NCBI GenBank assembly: GCA_024278915.1
Contig: JAJRSG010000231.1
Coordinates: forward strand, 1-62,487
Origin: Alphaproteobacteria bacterium
GTDB lineage: Bacteria; Pseudomonadota; Alphaproteobacteria; Caulobacterales; Maricaulaceae
Reading direction: 5' to 3'
DNA: 62,487 nt
The position numbers and the translations under genes are program-made. The notes beneath the pieces are model-generated. The model had not been told where the DNA came from. It did not search any database and was given only the letters and a program-made list of their open reading frames with translations. Shown here in pieces: positions 57,302 to 62,487 of this stretch; the first letter of the stretch is position 1; each line of letters opens with the position of its first letter.

Positions 57302-58252
57302 GGAAACCCGCCCCAGGGCATACTTGGTAAAGCCATTGAGAGGGGGCGGGAAGTCTATAATTTTCGATGTTATTATTGTCATGGCTATAATGGTGACGCT
57401 GAGACATTGGCAGCTACCTTTCTTGACCCAAAGCCAAAGAATTTTCTTGCCGCAACTGACCTAACTCGAGATGTTATTGAAGATGCCGTGCGCCATGGTC
57501 GCGCGAAAACAGCGATGATAGGGTTTGCCAACCAGATATCCAATGACGAGATTAATGACGTAACGTCTTTTATTTTCAATACGTTTGTACAGCAGCAATT
57601 AATCAATACATTTTATCATATTCCTGAAAACGGTTGGCCGGATCATGAAAGGCAATATAAAGCAGCCTATCCTTTTGCCTTGCGTGAAATTGCAATTGAT
57701 ACCCAATGGGACCAATTAAATGAAATTCAGCGTGCCGGGCTGAGGCTGTTTATGAGCAGCTGTATTACCTGTCACGATGTTGGCAAAGTTTTGGAACCCG
57801 GCGTGAACTGGGATAAATACCCGCTGTCGAGTCAGGGGTGTGGAGTGGTTTGTCATGATGGCGATGTTTACTTTCCGGGCTCAACAATTCCCGGACAACA
57901 AACTCCCCATCGAACACCCTATGCAATCCATGAGATTAAACCAAATCTTTCGGATTTAACGGATAATGAGAAAATCGGAGAAATACTGTATCAGGATAAT
58001 TGCTCTTTTTGTCATGCTGCAGACGGGACGGGTAAAAACTGGATCGGTAGCTTTCTGGAACCCCATGCCCGAAATTTGACCGATCGCACGGTAACGGCTC
58101 ATCTTGATCGACCGGCATTGCTTCGGGTCATTCAAAATGGTCTTGAGGGAACATCCATGCCAGCCTGGAAGAATGTTCTGAACGAAAGTCAGATTATCAA
58201 TATTGCAGCCTATATAGAACGTGCATTTTTCCTGCCTATGAGACAAGAATAA
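57302..58252 (+). CDS. Class I cytochrome c domains (3 CXXCH + 1 CX3CH), frame-shifted continuation of 56070..57299
   Basis: The ORF track starts at TTG 57407. The same frame is open from 57239 and encodes GKAIERGREVYNFRCYYCHGYNGDA upstream of it, which is the haem site of the first domain. No start codon precedes that motif. CITCH and CSFCH follow. Confidence 0.7.
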   Translation, partial: GNPPQGILGKAIERGREVYNFRCYYCHGYNGDAETLAATFLDPKPKNFLAATDLTRDVIEDAVRHGRAKTAMIGFANQISNDEINDVTSFIFNTFVQQQLINTFYHIPENGWPDHERQYKAAYPFALREIAIDTQWDQLNEIQRAGLRLFMSSCITCHDVGKVLEPGVNWDKYPLSSQGCGVVCHDGDVYFPGSTIPGQQTPHRTPYAIHEIKPNLSDLTDNEKIGEILYQDNCSFCHAADGTGKNWIGSFLEPHARNLTDRTVTAHLDRPALLRVIQNGLEGTSMPAWKNVLNESQIINIAAYIERAFFLPMRQE

Positions 58253-58305
58253 CCTATGTGTGGTCAAATACTGTACTATATGGACGATAAATTAATGGGG
58301 ATTAC

Positions 58306-58905
58306 ATGATGCGGTCAATGAAATTCTTTCAGTCAATCCTGATGATCCTGGCTTTATCAGGATGCGTATATGCTGGAGACAACGAGGAATTTCAAAAGGC
58401 TAAACAGGCTTATCAGGCGGACAATTTTATCTATGCCTGGAACAAGTTTAAGCCCTTGGCAGAATCCGGCCATAGGGAAAGCCAGTATTATCTGGGCTTG
58501 TTGTATAGTGCATCAGGTACGGGACGGGCTCAGAACCTGCCACGCGCAGCAGAATGGTATTCCCGTGCCGCACAACAGGGACATGTCTTGTCACAATTTT
58601 CCACCGGAATGATGTACCAGTATGGTACTGGCCTTACGGTTGATTATTCTGAGGCCTTTTACTGGCTGGAAATGGCCGCAAAAAATGATTTGGGAGAAGC
58701 ACAGTTGGCCGTGTCGAGATTGCTGGCAAATAAAAAGAACCCAAATTTTGACCCTGTACGATCTTATATGTGGTTTTTATTGGCCCGTTTTTCCATTAGA
58801 GACAAAACCATGACAAAACATTTTTATGACACGGAAATACTCGGTTTTCACCTTAGAAAAGATCAGGAAGACAAAGCTTTGACCCTGGCTCTGGAAACAA
58901 AGTAG
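58306..58905 (+). CDS. Sel1-repeat lipoprotein
   Basis: Lipobox ALSG-C and Sel1 units (SQYYLGLLY, SQFSTGMMY, AQLAVSRLL). Confidence 0.8.
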   Translation: MMRSMKFFQSILMILALSGCVYAGDNEEFQKAKQAYQADNFIYAWNKFKPLAESGHRESQYYLGLLYSASGTGRAQNLPRAAEWYSRAAQQGHVLSQFSTGMMYQYGTGLTVDYSEAFYWLEMAAKNDLGEAQLAVSRLLANKKNPNFDPVRSYMWFLLARFSIRDKTMTKHFYDTEILGFHLRKDQEDKALTLALETK

Positions 58906-59022
58906 TACGGTGATTACCCAACCCGTGAGACCTTGAAATATATTTCTCTATTTTAACTGTTTCTTACAAGAATCAATGCGAATCTGTGACTATCGAATAA
59001 TGGGTCATGGGGGAGTAGCTAC

Positions 59023-59619
59023 ATGAATAAACCTATTGGATTTCTATTCGCGCTTGGTTTTTTGCTTTCATTCTCCGGCTCTCTATCAGCAGATACAGTT
59101 CAGGCACTGAAGGCCTACGAATCGGGAAATTACAAACTTGCTTTTAAGTATTTTAATCAATCGGCTTTAGATGGCGACCCCGCCGCACAGAACAACCTTG
59201 CGGTAATGTACGTCAATGGTCAGGGTATCAAACAGGATTATACTGTAGCCGCCCAATGGTACACCGAAGCTGCGGAACAAGGCCTGCTTGATGCGCAATA
59301 TAATATTGCAACAATGTATTATGAAGGCAAAGGCGTTGTTCAGGATACGCTTTCGGCGCTGGTGTGGTATCATCTCGCCGCGACACAAGGCGACGCCATG
59401 TCCCAATTAAAACTTGGACAACTTTACGCCAGCGGCGAAGGTGTTGAGCGAGAGCCCCCCTTGGCTTATTTCTGGCTTGTGTTGGCCAGCACACGATCAT
59501 TAAATAATGCCATACAAAAAAAGGCCGGGGCAGCCCTTCGGACTTTAGAGCAACAACTGACCCAGGATCAGATCGCCGATGCTAAAATAATGGCCGAATC
59601 GTGGCGTCCAGAGAGCTAA
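59023..59619 (+). CDS. Secreted Sel1-repeat protein
   Basis: Signal peptide. Four Sel1 units (AQNNLAVMY, AQYNIATMY, SQLKLGQLY...). Confidence 0.8.
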   Translation: MNKPIGFLFALGFLLSFSGSLSADTVQALKAYESGNYKLAFKYFNQSALDGDPAAQNNLAVMYVNGQGIKQDYTVAAQWYTEAAEQGLLDAQYNIATMYYEGKGVVQDTLSALVWYHLAATQGDAMSQLKLGQLYASGEGVEREPPLAYFWLVLASTRSLNNAIQKKAGAALRTLEQQLTQDQIADAKIMAESWRPES

Positions 59620-59668
59620 TATACAAATATTTCTTTGCACATTTCGCCTATAGTAGTAAAAAGTATGT

Positions 59669-60697
59669 ATGCATATAGGGGGAAATTTAAGTTCTATAGA
59701 TAGGCCATTTCTGCGCCCAGGCAAAAATGATAAATTGGACGGGCAGCGGCTTCCGTACACCATTGCCCTATTGATTGTCTTGTTTATTACCCTGGCAAAG
59801 CCCCCCGGCAATGCTTTGGCGGCATCTGAAGTAAAACAACAGCCAAACTCTCCACAAAGCATTGATCCCTCATTATACGATACCCAGGTGGTGACACCTG
59901 AGCGTAAACGAGTCGCAGACAAGGTGGATTTACTTGCGTACTTTTTACTATCTATTTCAGATGCAAGCATTTTACTGTCGCCGGAAGATAAATACTGGAA
60001 GGATGTTCAATCTCTTAATGGACTGATGAATTCAGCCCAATATTTACTATCAACGGGTAAATTTAAAGAAGCTGAAATATCTGCGAATGAAGGGCTAAGG
60101 CGCGCCCCCATATTAGGTTCAAGTCTTGCCCGGCTGGGTTATCAAATTCAAGACAGCGAAGACGGGAAACGCTATCATGCGATGTTGGACCTTGTTTTAA
60201 AACTCCGGCAGAATCTCGATACGGAATTATCAGAATTACCGTATCCGCCAGATTTTACATTCTCAATTATGAAATATGATGAACTTATTACCCAATCAAA
60301 ACACGAAATCACAGGTGGCATATATCAACGTGCACTAGAATATTTAAGACAGGCAAAGTCTCTTGTGGTGATGATGCTTAGAACCGTAGGGGTCAAAATG
60401 AGTGGTTTTTCGAAAATTACATTCGCGACACCCCAACAAGAATTGCTCTATGACCAAAAACTGAATAATAATTTCTCACTACTTATCGGGGTAATGGTTC
60501 AAGAACGCGAGATTTCGCAAGACGTACAAAATAAAATCAGACTGATTATATCGGAGAACAAACGGCTGATCGAAGCGTCGGTAAAAATGGCCGAATTGCA
60601 AGATTATAGTACCGCCATAATTTTTATAAAACAGGCCAATATTATTTTAGGCAAAGCACTACAGTCAATCGGGCCTCAATATAAGAGCAAACCCTAG
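59669..60697 (+). CDS. Secreted/anchored helical protein of unrecognised family (paralogue B)
   Basis: Hydrophobic N-terminal segment YTIALLIVLFITLAKPPGNALA. It shares ITFATPQQELLYDQKLNNNFSLL and the C-terminal DY..A........N.L..A block with 42642..43538. Confidence 0.55.
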   Translation: MHIGGNLSSIDRPFLRPGKNDKLDGQRLPYTIALLIVLFITLAKPPGNALAASEVKQQPNSPQSIDPSLYDTQVVTPERKRVADKVDLLAYFLLSISDASILLSPEDKYWKDVQSLNGLMNSAQYLLSTGKFKEAEISANEGLRRAPILGSSLARLGYQIQDSEDGKRYHAMLDLVLKLRQNLDTELSELPYPPDFTFSIMKYDELITQSKHEITGGIYQRALEYLRQAKSLVVMMLRTVGVKMSGFSKITFATPQQELLYDQKLNNNFSLLIGVMVQEREISQDVQNKIRLIISENKRLIEASVKMAELQDYSTAIIFIKQANIILGKALQSIGPQYKSKP

Positions 60698-60806
60698 AGC
60701 AGGCTCAATATTAACTTTAGACGTCCATCTGTCAGGAACCTTGCGGGACAGAATTATCATCAACAATCTTCGCGTTGTATTATTATCCTATAATTATTGG
60801 TGTGGT

Positions 60807-61481
60807 CTACTGACACCGCAATGATGAATAATAGGTGGCGAGTTCGTGAATATCGTTGTCGGTTAATAATTCGGCCTGTTCATTCATAACATCATGCGTT
60901 CTGCGAGAATGCTCTATATATATGTCCGGTATGTTCGTCGCCGATGCGCGGAAGGCCCGTAATTGCGATGTTAAGTAGGAGTATTTTTGCGATGTAATAT
61001 TTGGTATTCCATCTGAATGACTGATACCATTCTTGTTGTGGCACTTGGCGCATAAAGGTAATTTCTCTGGAATATAAGGGTTGATGCCCGCTGTTATTTT
61101 TTTAATCTGTGAACATTGCTGGTTAGAGTAAAAAGCTGCTACGTCCCTCATCTCTTTTTCGCTCAGTGTGACTGAGACCTGACTCATCAAATCATTAAAG
61201 CGCCCCGATTTGGATTCCCTTACTTTCAGGTCGAGTCCTGATTGTTTGAATGCCTGCAACTGATAAAAAATATACAGTTTGTTCTGACCAGCCAGATTTG
61301 GAAATTGGGGTTGATTGCTGATACCATTTTCTCCGTGACAGTCAAAACAGTGATGAACGAGTACAACTTTTGCCCCAGGGGAATTGTCAGCCCGGTATGT
61401 GTCTTTAGGTTCAGTACACGCTGATAAAAATATATTTATAATTATTAATATTAAAATGTTCGGTGTAAATCTGCATCCCAT
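60807..61481 (-). CDS. Dihaem class I cytochrome c lipoprotein (c4-like)
   Basis: Lipobox FLSA-C. CFDCHGENG and CAKCHNKNG motifs, each followed by a P.(L/I).(G/S)Q...Y...QL.AF segment. Confidence 0.8.
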   Translation of the reverse strand: MGCRFTPNILILIIINIFLSACTEPKDTYRADNSPGAKVVLVHHCFDCHGENGISNQPQFPNLAGQNKLYIFYQLQAFKQSGLDLKVRESKSGRFNDLMSQVSVTLSEKEMRDVAAFYSNQQCSQIKKITAGINPYIPEKLPLCAKCHNKNGISHSDGIPNITSQKYSYLTSQLRAFRASATNIPDIYIEHSRRTHDVMNEQAELLTDNDIHELATYYSSLRCQ

Positions 61482-61630
61482 AAATATGGTAACCCTTTAT
61501 TTACAATGGCAAATATATATATTACATTTTTTATGTACTCCAGTAAATGGAATACGGAAAGATTGACTCATGACCTGATATGCAATGGATATATGAGAAG
61601 AAGAAAAATAAACTATACGGAGATTCATAT

Positions 61631-62371
61631 ATGCCTAAAAGGACATCGAATGACATAACAACCTTTGTCGCTTATATGGTATCGCGCTGCGCCTTCATAT
61701 TCATGATATTAATCATTGTTGGGATCACCGCTAATCCGGTATCTGCCGGATCGGATAGCAAAGTTGATCTGCTTAACCAAAAGCGCAATATTATTGAGAA
61801 ACTTTTGGGATCAAATGCCACAAGGCGACTTATGGAGTCAGGCCATAAAGATGCTATTGCAAGTATTTTACTAATTCGTGACGAACTGAAAGAGGCTGAC
61901 AGCGCCCTGGCCACTGGTGATTCTGCACGGAGCGGCATATTACTTGATCAGGCTTTGATAAACTTCTTTCAGGCCTTGCGATTAGTCAATAAAAAAACAG
62001 TTACCAATATCGCCGTAGAGAAAAAATCTTATACCGAAACACTCGATAGTGTCTTTGGTTATTTAGCCTCGCTTGATATTGCATTTCTACAATCGGCAGC
62101 TTCTGATTCAGAGAAACAGTCCGTAATCGCAATCAAAAAATTAATAAGCGACGCACAGCAGGACTACAAATTAAATAAAGTTCGAGAGGCCAATCTCAAT
62201 TTAGCCAAAGCAGAGACTTTGGCCGAAAAATTAGTGACAGTGGTTCAGCACAATCAAACGATTGTCTATGATTTAAAATTTGACAGCCCAAAAGATGAAT
62301 ACGAATACGAACTCAAGCGCTACAGGGTAATCCCCCCATTATTAGGGGCCTTTGAGAGTAGAATCGTTTAA
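61631..62371 (+). CDS. Helical protein of unrecognised family (paralogue C), apparently 3'-truncated by IS insertion
   Basis: ATG 61631 (ggag RBS) gives a TM/signal segment. It shares IVYDLKFDSPKDEYEYELKR with paralogues A and B but lacks their last ~70-85 residues. The reading frame runs into the IS3-like end. Confidence 0.55.
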   Translation: MPKRTSNDITTFVAYMVSRCAFIFMILIIVGITANPVSAGSDSKVDLLNQKRNIIEKLLGSNATRRLMESGHKDAIASILLIRDELKEADSALATGDSARSGILLDQALINFFQALRLVNKKTVTNIAVEKKSYTETLDSVFGYLASLDIAFLQSAASDSEKQSVIAIKKLISDAQQDYKLNKVREANLNLAKAETLAEKLVTVVQHNQTIVYDLKFDSPKDEYEYELKRYRVIPPLLGAFESRIV

Positions 62372-62487
62372 GCGGCTATGGGCCTTACCGTGGCCAGTTT
62401 TTGCATCGGCGTTATGCCACCGAGTGCCATGTTGGGTCTTTCATTGTTATTTGTCCAGAGCCATGCGGTAGCGGCCTCCTGAACGTC
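62368..62487 (-). mobile_element. IS3-family transposase (OrfB) 3' end; the element continues beyond the window
   Basis: The minus-strand translation DVQEAATAWLWTNNNERPNMALGGITPMQKLATVRPIAA* is a typical IS3/IS407-group integrase-core C-terminus. Confidence 0.75.

Noticed and set aside
57407-57409. TTG 57407 as the genuine start of an independent cytochrome gene
   Set aside because: It would delete the CYYCH haem site and the N-terminal helix of the class I domain whose Met-ligand half follows. The frame is open upstream to the A9 tract, so a frameshift relationship with the preceding ORF explains the data better.

Overview
This 62.5-kb window comes from a Gram-negative chromosome. The evidence is Lol-type lipoboxes, an outer-membrane beta-barrel candidate and TRAP transporters. 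It looks like a moderate/low-GC, possibly marine proteobacterium, but the taxon cannot be named from sequence alone. I recognised no rRNA, tRNA or CRISPR array. The window falls into three blocks separated by insertion-sequence debris.

(1) 1-14.4 kb. A decayed IS21 remnant is followed by a catabolic block: two complete TRAP transporters, an amidase-signature enzyme, a hydantoinase/dihydropyrimidinase-type cyclic amidohydrolase, an Asp/Glu/hydantoin-racemase (maleate-isomerase-like) protein, two FAH-family proteins plus a 2-keto-4-pentenoate hydratase-like protein (COG3971), a ketopantoate-reductase-like protein and a GntR regulator.

(2) 14.8-26.6 kb. This is an all-minus-strand dTDP-sugar/glycan cluster. 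It encodes RfbA, RfbC, an FdtA-like ketoisomerase, a DegT aminotransferase, a TylCIII-like C-methyltransferase, a B12-binding radical-SAM enzyme, two further methyltransferases, three SDR enzymes and a GT2. It ends at an rve-type transposase remnant.

(3) 27-62.4 kb. This is the most interesting part: a very large c-type cytochrome locus. It has 11 cytochrome ORFs carrying 40 CXXCH motifs, including an 802-aa 11-haem protein. It also encodes a 686-aa Ser/Thr-rich putative outer-membrane beta-barrel, three NHL-repeat lipoproteins and two stand-alone Reg_prop beta-propellers. Three paralogues of an unrecognised helical secreted protein and three Sel1 proteins are present as well. A dedicated System II (CcsBA) haem-attachment set comes with TlpA-like and TPR partners. 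Regulation appears to involve a sensor kinase plus sigma-54 enhancer-binding response regulator, two near-consensus sigma-54 promoters, c-di-GMP enzymes and a PPIase.

I interpret block 3 as a candidate, apparently uncharacterised, trans-envelope (porin-cytochrome-like) electron-transfer system. It is truncated at its right edge by an IS3-family element. Start codons were revised from the ORF track where a signal peptide, RBS or stop/start overlap supported it.
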